Shown here in pieces: positions 43,952 through 51,336 of a DNA stretch of 51,336 nt. A program made the position numbers and the translations under genes. Location of the stretch: the IMG/VR virus record IMGVR_UViG_3300044538_000007, positions 1-51,336 of that record. One strand, written 5' to 3'. Position 1 is the first letter of the stretch; each line of letters opens with the position of its first letter. This DNA is from a virus (taxonomy: Duplodnaviria; Caudoviricetes). The notes below the pieces were generated by a model. The model made no database searches. It saw only the letters and a program-made list of their open reading frames with translations, and had not been told where the DNA came from.

Positions 43952-44361
43952 CTACCTACGAACCCAAGTTCGACCACGACTACCAGTACGGACGACAAGG
44001 CGAGCTGCTCATTGGCGACGCGTTGGCTGCCCTGCGGGACGGCCAGGGGCGAATCGAAGTCAAGCGTAAGCGGTACCTCGACGGCAAGATCTACGTCGAA
44101 CTCCTACAGGACCCGGGCGGTACCGGCAAGCGGTGGAAGCCAAGCGGCCTGAACGTGACCGACGCGGAGTGGTGGGTGTACGTAGTCGGCGAAACCGGGG
44201 TGCTGCTGTTCTTCCCGACCGATTTGCTGCGGTGGGCAATCAAGACCGACGCCGGCCGACCCTGCGCCGAAAAGGACGGCGACAACCCGACCGAGGGCCG
44301 GCTCCTAACCGTTGCTTGGCTATTGCAAGAGCTTGCCCAATGGCAGAAGCAGCGGTCATGA
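43948..44361 (+). CDS. Possible PD-(D/E)xK-like nuclease
   Basis: FDHD...GE...IEVK...YVE...PSGLNVTDAEWW. Confidence 0.55.
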   Translation: MTTYEPKFDHDYQYGRQGELLIGDALAALRDGQGRIEVKRKRYLDGKIYVELLQDPGGTGKRWKPSGLNVTDAEWWVYVVGETGVLLFFPTDLLRWAIKTDAGRPCAEKDGDNPTEGRLLTVAWLLQELAQWQKQRS

Positions 44362-44612
44362 CCGCCAAGAACGCGTCCCGCAGCCGGCCGCGGGACACCC
44401 GCAAACGTGACGCCGTGGTGCCGTACATGGCTGGCGCCGCCAACACCGTCCCACCCGAGGCGCCTACGTTGACGTGTGCGTGTGGCGGCCGGTACCGGGA
44501 CCACCCGGAGTCGAAGGCCGCGCACCAGGCCGTGTTCGGCCACCGGCCAATAGGGACAGCGGGGACAGCGGGGACAGCGGGGATACCCGGAGGAGACGGG
44601 TGGACTGGGTGA
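44358..44612 (+). CDS. Hypothetical protein
   Basis: Coupled; CACG...H...GH. Confidence 0.55.
   Translation: MTAKNASRSRPRDTRKRDAVVPYMAGAANTVPPEAPTLTCACGGRYRDHPESKAAHQAVFGHRPIGTAGTAGTAGIPGGDGWTG
44553..44587 (+). repeat. Tandem GGGACAGCG x3 plus a partial copy
   Basis: Read directly; immediately upstream of the putative replication gene. Confidence 0.85.
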
Positions 44613-45235
44613 AGCTGGCCGTCCGCTACTACGGCGACCCACGTGTCGAATCATTGGACGACGCGGCCGAACTCATGTTCGTCCGCGGACTCGCACGCGC
44701 CGGCGAAGTAGGACAGGAAGGCTTCATCCCCGAGGGCAGCCTGCCGCAACTTGCTCGGAGACGCAGGTACGAAACCTCGGTCAACGCGTTGCTGTCGAAC
44801 GGCCTGTGGACTAGGGCACCCGGTGGTTTTCGGGTCTCGGCGTGGTCTGACTGGCAAGACGGCATGGACGAGTTGACGAGGCGTCGTACTGCGGATCGCG
44901 AGAGGAAGCGCCGCAAGCGAGCCCAAGCCAAGTTGTCCGCGGACAGTCCGCGGACAGTCCGGCCGCTAGAAGGAGAGAAAGACCTAGGGGTACAGGTAGG
45001 GGATAGAACTCACGGTCCGCGCGCGAGACCCGAACCCCCCCGCCAATGCCAACAACACCAAGACGATCCCCAACCGCCACCCTGCGGTGCCTGCGCCGAC
45101 GCGCGCCGAACACACGAACGGTGGCAAACCCAACGCGCTGCACGTGTCGCTGCTGCTCCTAAATGCCGCAAGCACCGCGGACAGCTCGCCAACAACTGCG
45201 CACTATGCCGCGCCGAACACCTGGCCGCGTCATGA
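44600..45235 (+). CDS. Putative replication initiator
   Basis: WVKL...DPRV N-terminus, DRERKRRKR, internal repeats, C-terminal C..H...CGAC; RBS GGAGGAG. Confidence 0.65.
   Translation: MDWVKLAVRYYGDPRVESLDDAAELMFVRGLARAGEVGQEGFIPEGSLPQLARRRRYETSVNALLSNGLWTRAPGGFRVSAWSDWQDGMDELTRRRTADRERKRRKRAQAKLSADSPRTVRPLEGEKDLGVQVGDRTHGPRARPEPPRQCQQHQDDPQPPPCGACADARRTHERWQTQRAARVAAAPKCRKHRGQLANNCALCRAEHLAAS
44934..44962. repeat. Iteron-like GTCCGCGGACA x2.5 including the palindrome TGTCCGCGGACA
   Basis: Inside the initiator gene, followed by a purine-rich stretch. Confidence 0.6.
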
Positions 45236-45354
45236 TCCAGGAGCCGTCGACGTGGCGGTCCATGCGCCACGGAACCCCACCCACCGACGACTACCTCGAG
45301 GCGAGGGAGCAGTTGAAAACCGGCAGCGAGAATCAGGAAGGAGCTGGCGAATGA
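45232..45354 (+). CDS. Small hypothetical protein
   Basis: ATGA coupling at both ends. Confidence 0.45.
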   Translation: MIQEPSTWRSMRHGTPPTDDYLEAREQLKTGSENQEGAGE

Positions 45355-45917
45355 ACGTCACTCAAGCGGAGCAGTTCTTCGCCCGCGTCGACGCTGAAGG
45401 CGACTGCTGGCAGTGGACCGGCTCGGACAACGGGAAGGGCTACGGGGTCATCCAGTTCGACGGACGGCTACAGCGTGTCCACCGACTGTCCTGGGAATAC
45501 CTTGTGGGGCCGATCCCGGATGGCCTGGTGCTGGACCACCTGTGCCGCAACAAGCGGTGTGTCAACCCTGACCACCTTGAGCCGGTGACCAATCGGGAGA
45601 ACGTCCTACGCGGCTACGGGATTTCGGCGCAGTTGGCGCGGAACACCGAATGCCCCAACGGACATCCGTTCAGCGGTGACAACCTGATCATCACGGACTC
45701 TGGCCGGCGCTGCCGAATCTGCAACCGCGCCACGATTAGGAAGGCGAGGCGGCGGCTCAAGGCCCAATTTGAGGCGGGGCGCTCGGGCATAAGGCACGGC
45801 ACCGTTTCGGGGTACACGCTCGGATGCCGCTGTGAGCACTGCAAACAGGCACGCAGTGACTACGACAAGGCCCGCTCGGCTCGCCTTCGCGCACAAGCTG
45901 GAGGAGTAACCCCGTGA
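45351..45917 (+). CDS. HNH endonuclease
   Basis: CWQWTG, GYG, HRLSWE..GPIPDGLVLDHLCRNKRCVNPDHLEPVT..EN. Confidence 0.93.
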   Translation: MNVTQAEQFFARVDAEGDCWQWTGSDNGKGYGVIQFDGRLQRVHRLSWEYLVGPIPDGLVLDHLCRNKRCVNPDHLEPVTNRENVLRGYGISAQLARNTECPNGHPFSGDNLIITDSGRRCRICNRATIRKARRRLKAQFEAGRSGIRHGTVSGYTLGCRCEHCKQARSDYDKARSARLRAQAGGVTP

Positions 45918-46634
45918 CCAACCCTGATCCGCCGTATCCCCCGCATCCCCCGGACGTCGTTGTGGGTAGGCCGCGGGGGTTGGACCTGTTTTCCGGCGCA
46001 GGTGGGGCATCGAAGGGCTACACCGACGCCGGTTGCGAGATGACCGGGGTCGACAAACACCCGCAGCCGAACTACCCGTACGAGTTCCACCAGGCCGACG
46101 CGCTCGCGGTGCTGGACGACGCGGCGTTCCTGTCCGGGTTCGACTTCATCCACGCGTCGCCGACCTGCCAGACCCGCAGCCGGGCAACGGCGTGGCGGGG
46201 CCGGCGGGAGGACCATCCGGACCTGCTCACCCCCACCCTGCGGGCGTTGGAGAAGCAGACGTTGCCGTGGGTGGTGGAGAACGTCCCCGAGGCCGCCTGG
46301 GACGGGACGATGCGCGCCGACTGGCTGCTGTGCGGAACCCAGTTCGGGCTCAACGTGAAACGGCATCGGGTGTTCCAGACCGGCAACTGGTCCGCGTTCA
46401 CCCTGCTGTCGCCGTGCACCTGTCACCGCAACCCGCGGCTGCTGCCGTTCATGCACAAGGGCGAACGTGCCTATGCGGACGCGATGGAATGCGGGTGGAT
46501 GACCAAGTTCGAGGCGCGTCAGGCCATCCCGCCGGCCTTCACACACCACATCGGCGAACAGTTGATCAGCCATCTTGTCAGTGGAGGAGTAACCCCATGA
46601 CCAACCCTGATCCGCCGTATCCTCCGCATCCTCC
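45899..46634 (+). repeat. 53-bp direct repeat (3 mismatches) at 45899-45951 and 46582-46634 flanking the methyltransferase gene
   Basis: TGGAGGAGTAACCCCRTGACCAACCCTGATCCGCCGTATCCYCCGCATCCYCC. Confidence 0.95.
45914..46600 (+). CDS. DNA cytosine-C5 methyltransferase (short phage type)
   Basis: LDLFSGAGG, IHASPTCQ, VVENV, RHRVF, QAIPPAFT. Confidence 0.88.
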   Translation: MTNPDPPYPPHPPDVVVGRPRGLDLFSGAGGASKGYTDAGCEMTGVDKHPQPNYPYEFHQADALAVLDDAAFLSGFDFIHASPTCQTRSRATAWRGRREDHPDLLTPTLRALEKQTLPWVVENVPEAAWDGTMRADWLLCGTQFGLNVKRHRVFQTGNWSAFTLLSPCTCHRNPRLLPFMHKGERAYADAMECGWMTKFEARQAIPPAFTHHIGEQLISHLVSGGVTP

Positions 46635-46677
46635 TGTACCACCCGAACCGCTGATCAGAACGGAGCAGTACCAATGA
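46597..46677 (+). pseudogene. 26-codon junction remnant MTNPDPPYPPHPPVPPEPL...
   Basis: Made almost entirely of two duplicated junction sequences. Confidence 0.5.
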
Positions 46678-47000
46678 GCGACCCGACCGTTAGCCAGCGC
46701 GTTCTCAACACGCCCCTCGGCGAGAACGACGCCCACGCGGCAACCGTCCGCGACTACCTGATCGCCCTGCTCGTACAACTGTGGCGGGAGGAGGAAGGCT
46801 TCGACGGCAAGCGGCCGTTCGGTAACAGCGGCTGGGCGTACGAGGTGTACGGGCCGCTCGTCAAGGCCGGGCTCATCGAGGGCGTGGTCGACGAATACGG
46901 CGACGTTGACCTGGACGTACGGGCAGCCGACGCCTTGATCATCGACGCGATCAAGTCGCTGCCGGTACCACCCGAACCCCTCGGAGCCCCGAATGTCTGA
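46674..47000 (+). CDS. Hypothetical protein
   Basis: TVRDYL..LL..LW.EEEGFDGKRPFGNSGW. Confidence 0.75.
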   Translation: MSDPTVSQRVLNTPLGENDAHAATVRDYLIALLVQLWREEEGFDGKRPFGNSGWAYEVYGPLVKAGLIEGVVDEYGDVDLDVRAADALIIDAIKSLPVPPEPLGAPNV

Positions 47001-47232
47001 GCAGCCGTACGACATCGCACTCATGGACCAGGCACTCGCCGAAGCGAGGGAAGACCTGCTGCGGCTCGTTGGTCATCTACGCCAATGCACCGATGACCGG
47101 GCCCGGTCAACATCTGGCTTGGTGCAGGGGCTACTTGACCATCCGGAGTGGGACCGGCTGATGTTGGCGTCAGTGCTGGGCGCGGCCGTCGTCTTCATCG
47201 TTGAGCATTCGCCGGAGGCCACCGATGTCTGA
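46993..47232 (+). CDS. Hypothetical protein
   Basis: RBS GGAG; coupled. Confidence 0.6.
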   Translation: MSEQPYDIALMDQALAEAREDLLRLVGHLRQCTDDRARSTSGLVQGLLDHPEWDRLMLASVLGAAVVFIVEHSPEATDV

Positions 47233-47830
47233 GCCGCAGCCGGTCACCATCCACGCCGCCCGGCGGCACGACGACGAATCCTGGCCGGGCGGCGGCTGGT
47301 ACTACGTCCAGTTGGACGACGGATGGTACGGGCTGTCTCGGTACGCCGACGGCGGACAGCCTGGCGGCACCTATCCGGTGCGCATCACCACCACCGACCC
47401 CGCCCGGGACGCCGTCGTCGAAGCCGCCGTTACGCACGTCCAAGCCGGCACAGTCGACGCTTGGCGCAACCTCAAGGCGGCCGTGAACCGTCTCGCCGAA
47501 GCCGGTCAGCCGACCATCGAGCCAATCCCCGACCTCACCGAGGCGGAGAAGGCCGCGTTCCTTGCCGCTGACCGGGAGCTGAACGGGCCGGCTGGCTTGT
47601 CCGCCGAGCAGGAGATCCCGCAGACGCTTGAGGCGGTCCGGGTTGGCCTGGACACCGAGCAGGAGATCCGAGCCCGCGCCGCCGAGCTGCTGATCGCCGA
47701 CCGCGCAGCCGGACAGGTGCTCGGTTGGAAGCTTGGCGACTGGTGCCGCTGGATTCGCATCGGCCGAACCCCGGAGCAGCCCGACTTTGCACAGGCGCTT
47801 GCTGGCGGGGGTGTTCCCGATGCCGGCTGA
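47225..47830 (+). CDS. Hypothetical protein
   Basis: RBS GGAGG. Confidence 0.6.
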   Translation: MSEPQPVTIHAARRHDDESWPGGGWYYVQLDDGWYGLSRYADGGQPGGTYPVRITTTDPARDAVVEAAVTHVQAGTVDAWRNLKAAVNRLAEAGQPTIEPIPDLTEAEKAAFLAADRELNGPAGLSAEQEIPQTLEAVRVGLDTEQEIRARAAELLIADRAAGQVLGWKLGDWCRWIRIGRTPEQPDFAQALAGGGVPDAG

Positions 47831-47987
47831 GCCCCGCGACTGCGGCTTCACTTGGCGCCCGCAACCCGGCGAGAAGGTGCTCGGTCAGCACGTCTGCGCG
47901 CGCCTAGACGAGCACGACATGCACCGCTGCTGCTGCGGTGCCGAGAACTCGCAGACCACACCGAAGGAGGCCACCGATGCCGGCTGA
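47820..47987 (+). CDS. Small Cys/His-rich protein
   Basis: Flanked by a 17-bp direct repeat. Confidence 0.55.
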   Translation: MPAEPRDCGFTWRPQPGEKVLGQHVCARLDEHDMHRCCCGAENSQTTPKEATDAG

Positions 47988-48324
47988 GCCAACCTGGACC
48001 CCCGAAGACGTCGAACTCGTCGCGGAGGCGATGCACCGACGTGAGTGCAACTGCGGCGCGTCCGACGTGGTCTCACGAAACTGGGCCGAGGACGTCCTGG
48101 CTGCTTTGGCTGAGGCAGGCCGGCTTCGCGAACCCGGTGGCGAGCCGGACCTGTGGCAGTACGCGATTCCGTGCGCCGGCGGACCAGAGGAGCCGATTGG
48201 CCCAGTCCCGATTGAGGGCAAACCGCGCTACATCTCGCCGCGTTGGGTTCGTCGACCGCTGTACGCCGGTGGTTCGTGGCAGCCCGTGGACACCCCGAAG
48301 GACGGCCAGTATGCCGCTGAATGA
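47977..48324 (+). CDS. Hypothetical protein
   Basis: RBS AAGGAGG. Confidence 0.65.
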   Translation: MPAEPTWTPEDVELVAEAMHRRECNCGASDVVSRNWAEDVLAALAEAGRLREPGGEPDLWQYAIPCAGGPEEPIGPVPIEGKPRYISPRWVRRPLYAGGSWQPVDTPKDGQYAAE

Positions 48325-48823
48325 CATTACCGATGAAGGTTGGAAGGCAGGCGTCGCGGCCGCTCGCGACTGGGCACGCGTGCATGGACAGCCACAGCCA
48401 GACGATCGCATGCTCGACCACTTCGGCCGCGCCTACCACCAGGCGTCGGGCCGCGGTGTTGCCACCTGCGTCTTCTGCGACATCGTCGCCGGCAGAGCAC
48501 CGGCAGACATGGTGGCGGCAATTCCCGACTCGATTGCCTTCCGCCCGCTGAATCCGGTCGTGCCCGGCCACGTGCTCGTGGTGCCAAAAGTTCACGTCCG
48601 CGACGCAGCGGAAGATCCAGATATCACCGCAGCCACCATGAGGCATGCGGCCGTCTTGGCGTCGATAGTGACCCCGGGACAGTTCAACCTGATCACGTCG
48701 GCTGGGTCGGCTGCTACTCAGACGGTGTTTCACCTGCACGTCCACATCGTTCCACGCATTGCTGGTGACGGATTGTTGCTTCCGTGGCAGCCCGTGGACA
48801 CCCCGGAGGAGCCCCAGCCATGA
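48311..48823 (+). CDS. HIT-family hydrolase
   Basis: CVFCDIVAG, PLNPVVPGHVLVVPK, QTVFHLHVHIVPR. Confidence 0.92.
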   Translation: MPLNDITDEGWKAGVAAARDWARVHGQPQPDDRMLDHFGRAYHQASGRGVATCVFCDIVAGRAPADMVAAIPDSIAFRPLNPVVPGHVLVVPKVHVRDAAEDPDITAATMRHAAVLASIVTPGQFNLITSAGSAATQTVFHLHVHIVPRIAGDGLLLPWQPVDTPEEPQP

Positions 48824-49074
48824 CCGCGACCTGTGGTGGCTGCCGGCGCACCTGGCGTGCGACCAGCGAAGCGCATTGTGGATCTTGTCATCGGCATTGG
48901 CGCAACGTGTCCGGTTTTGACGCGCACCGCCGCAACGGGGCCTGTGTCGTCCCAGACGGCTTCGAACAGCGTGCCGGTATGTGGGCTACCCCGGAGGGCC
49001 ATCAGGCGGCTGAGCGTGCCCGCAGGGTGCTGGAATCGGCACGGCAGGCGAACACCCCCGGAGGTGGACGGTGA
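48820..49074 (+). CDS. Small zinc-binding protein (FDxHR type)
   Basis: CGGC...HCGSCH...FDAHR. Confidence 0.75.
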   Translation: MTATCGGCRRTWRATSEAHCGSCHRHWRNVSGFDAHRRNGACVVPDGFEQRAGMWATPEGHQAAERARRVLESARQANTPGGGR

Positions 49075-49208
49075 ACCGGCACCAGCGGACCGCGCTCGAC
49101 CGGCACTGCCGGCTGTCGATCGAAACAATGCACCCCGACTTCGGGCGTCGCCTACCCAGCGGCCTGACCGTCGTCCTGACCGTGAACAGCGGCTACGAAT
49201 GACTACAG

Positions 49209-49514
49209 ATGCAGCTTGGCGGGCCGGTCTGGCACGTCTCAGTCTCATCGCCCGGTATCCCGCTCCGGTCGCCGCTCGAGGTCGAATGCGGGCGCCAACT
49301 GGCCGGGGTCGGCAATCCGCTGGCCGGCGAGTGGCGGGAATGGACCGGCCGCGCGTTCCACCTGCGGCGCCGGCTGACCGCCAGGGAACAACTCGCCGTT
49401 GGTCCCGTCATCGACATCCGGGGCAGCGAGGAAGCGCGGCGCCGGGCGGAGCGTCTCGGCCCGCTGCTCGACTACGCGCCAGCCGAAGTGTTGCGAGACG
49501 AGCTACGCCGATGA
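49209..49514 (+). CDS. Hypothetical protein; start uncertain
   Basis: GGPVWHVSV...HLRRRLT. Confidence 0.55.
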   Translation: MQLGGPVWHVSVSSPGIPLRSPLEVECGRQLAGVGNPLAGEWREWTGRAFHLRRRLTAREQLAVGPVIDIRGSEEARRRAERLGPLLDYAPAEVLRDELRR

Positions 49515-49607
49515 GGTGCTGGGAGTTCGGCCAGCACAAGGTCCATGTTGCTGTGCGGGAGTCCGCGTGACCAGGGCTCCCAGCCATGACCGGCCAGGAG
49601 GCCAACC

Positions 49608-49814
49608 ATGATCACCAAGTGGGAGATTGAGCGCCTGATACTGCGCTGGCAGGTGGTCCGCGAGGACTCGTTCCCCAACGGTGTGGCCGGGGTTCCCGTG
49701 CGCCCGTTCCGATTCGCCGAGCGCCGATTCTGGCGCTTCTCCAGCGCGGTTGAATACGCGGGGGCACGCCAGGCAGGGAAGATCGCATTCGATGTCATTA
49801 CGGGGTGGCGATGA
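49608..49814 (+). CDS. Hypothetical protein
   Basis: RBS AGGAGG; coupled. Confidence 0.6.
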   Translation: MITKWEIERLILRWQVVREDSFPNGVAGVPVRPFRFAERRFWRFSSAVEYAGARQAGKIAFDVITGWR

Positions 49815-50305
49815 AGGCCCCGTCCCATGACCGGCTCACCCACGACCGGCACGAGAAGCTGCGCACCCTAGACGACAAGTTGGCCGACATGGTGTGGCAG
49901 GTCCGGCAGCTCACCGACAACATCCTCATGGCGCACCGCCGCAGCATCCTCACCCACAACTGCCTCCTCGACGAGCTCCGCGACGCCTGCACCCCATCCG
50001 GGCAGACCCTCATGGAAACCACCCGGAAACGGGCCAAAGAGTCGCAGCCGCCGGCGTCCACCGCCGCCATCTCCACCCTCTCCGACATTTACGTGGGGAT
50101 CTCGTACTGGCACCAGAAGCTGGACCTGCCGTCACCGGACCGGTCGTTGGATTGGCAGAAGACGGCCCTGCAGCAGATCGCCGCCGCCGTGGATGGGCTC
50201 GCCCCGCAAGTTCAGGAGTGGCTGGTCCACGAGGTGGAGTCCTGGTGGCACGATTGCGCTGTGGGTTCCGGCTGGCGACCCGACGACCTACGGAGACTCC
50301 GATGA
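49811..50305 (+). CDS. Hypothetical protein
   Basis: Coupled; LLDELRDA...SQPP. Confidence 0.7.
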   Translation: MKAPSHDRLTHDRHEKLRTLDDKLADMVWQVRQLTDNILMAHRRSILTHNCLLDELRDACTPSGQTLMETTRKRAKESQPPASTAAISTLSDIYVGISYWHQKLDLPSPDRSLDWQKTALQQIAAAVDGLAPQVQEWLVHEVESWWHDCAVGSGWRPDDLRRLR

Positions 50306-50724
50306 CCGAGACCTTCGCCAGCATCGCCGCCATAGTGCTCAGCGGCATCGCCCTAGCCGCCAACGCCCTCACCTGGCGGCTGCAACGCCGACAACGTCAC
50401 ATCCTCGACGGCGCGGCAGAGGCCACCGTGCTTCATCCGGGTGACCGGCTCGTCGTCCGCTTCGGACGGGACACCACAATGGCCGAGGCGCAGGAGTTCC
50501 GCGACCGGTTCGCCCAGCACCTATCTGGGATTACGCCGGTCATCTGCGCCGCGGATCAGATGTTCGTCGTCCAGCGGGGCGAACCCAGCTGGTATGTGCC
50601 CGCCGACGCTACCCATTGCCCGCGCTGCGGTGACCAGAACTGGGACGACACCCGAATGTGCCTGACCTGCACCCATCCGGATGACCCGTGCAGCGTGGCC
50701 TACCACCAAGCCGACACACCGTGA
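50302..50724 (+). CDS. Membrane-anchored hypothetical protein with a C-terminal zinc ribbon
   Basis: N-terminal TM segment; CPRCG...CLTC. Confidence 0.6.
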   Translation: MTETFASIAAIVLSGIALAANALTWRLQRRQRHILDGAAEATVLHPGDRLVVRFGRDTTMAEAQEFRDRFAQHLSGITPVICAADQMFVVQRGEPSWYVPADATHCPRCGDQNWDDTRMCLTCTHPDDPCSVAYHQADTP

Positions 50725-50953
50725 TGTCCGATATGCCTAACCTGGCAGATGGATGCTACGCTCGCGCTGTGTAGCGCGTGTGTCTCTAGCGCGAGCCCCC
50801 CATCCCGCCCGCCGAATCCCCCACTCGGCGGGCGCCCCCTTGCATCAAGGGCAGCCATCCACCGGACACCCCAACCCAACAGGTGGCACCCCCACCGCTA
50901 GCCACCCATCCCCCACCCCCCACGGCGCAGCCCTGCCACGACAGGTGAACACG

Positions 50954-51250
50954 ATGCGCAAACCCACCACCACCGAACGCGGCCTCGGCTGGGCACACCA
51001 GCAGGCCCGCACCCAGGCCCTCGCCACCCTGGTAGACGGCACCCCATGCCCCCGCTGCCACCACCCCATGTGGCGCAGCCAAGCCCGACAGCTCGACCTC
51101 GACGACTGGCCAGGCCGCGTCTTCGGCGGACCACAGGTCAAGCGGCTAGCCCACCGCAGGTGCAACCGGTCCGCTGGTGCTGTGCTCGGCAACACGCTGC
51201 GAGCAGCACGACGACAGACACAACGCATCGTTCACTCACGACGCTGGTAA
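50954..51250 (+). CDS. Small HNH-like protein next to the genome end (packaging-associated position)
   Basis: RGLGWAHQ..R, CPRC..PM, LDLDD, LAHRRCNRSAG. Confidence 0.75.
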   Translation: MRKPTTTERGLGWAHQQARTQALATLVDGTPCPRCHHPMWRSQARQLDLDDWPGRVFGGPQVKRLAHRRCNRSAGAVLGNTLRAARRQTQRIVHSRRW

Positions 51251-51327
51251 ACGCACAACTTCACCGATTCACATCGCAGCGTGGTAGCCGGCACCCAGGG
51301 GGGGAGGGTGCTCGCGGGCATCGATCC

Positions 51328-51336
51328 GGCCCTGAC
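51328..51336. repeat. Terminal 9-bp direct repeat, right copy
   Basis: Identical to 1-9. Confidence 0.6.

Noticed and set aside
31877-45235. Recurrent C-terminal AAS/DAS/RAS as protease degrons
   Set aside because: Equally explained by the GCGTC-RTGA stop/start overlap downstream of an RBS; no independent support.
1-51336. Diversity-generating retroelement or retron as the source of the repeats
   Set aside because: No reverse transcriptase motif seen, and repeat mismatches are not adenine-specific.

Overview
The window looks like a complete ~51 kb, high-GC, temperate siphovirus genome infecting an actinomycete. The first 9 nt (GGCCCTGAC) are repeated at the far end, consistent with a cos end or a circular overlap. 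Gene order: terminase, portal, HK97 protease and capsid; three glycosyltransferase-like genes plus a methyltransferase; head-tail and tail genes (with a -1 frameshifted chaperone, and a poly-gamma-glutamate hydrolase domain fused to the protein after the tape measure); lysis; accessory genes; a short tyrosine integrase with a divergent repressor/Cro pair; then a long rightward early arm (Rad52/Sak-like annealase, WhiB, two DNA methyltransferases, replication initiator, HIT, HNHs). Two features stand out. (1) An intein in the Rad52/Sak-like gene has no in-frame homing endonuclease; a complete HNH endonuclease gene is instead overprinted in another reading frame inside it. (2) An array of nine small genes (27416-30190) has junctions built from one shared sequence: five exact copies of a 24-bp RBS/stop/start unit, two copies of a second 24-bp unit, and a CGTGA core at all nine junctions. 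Similar junction duplications flank single genes elsewhere in the genome. All family calls come from motif recognition by eye; no searches were run.
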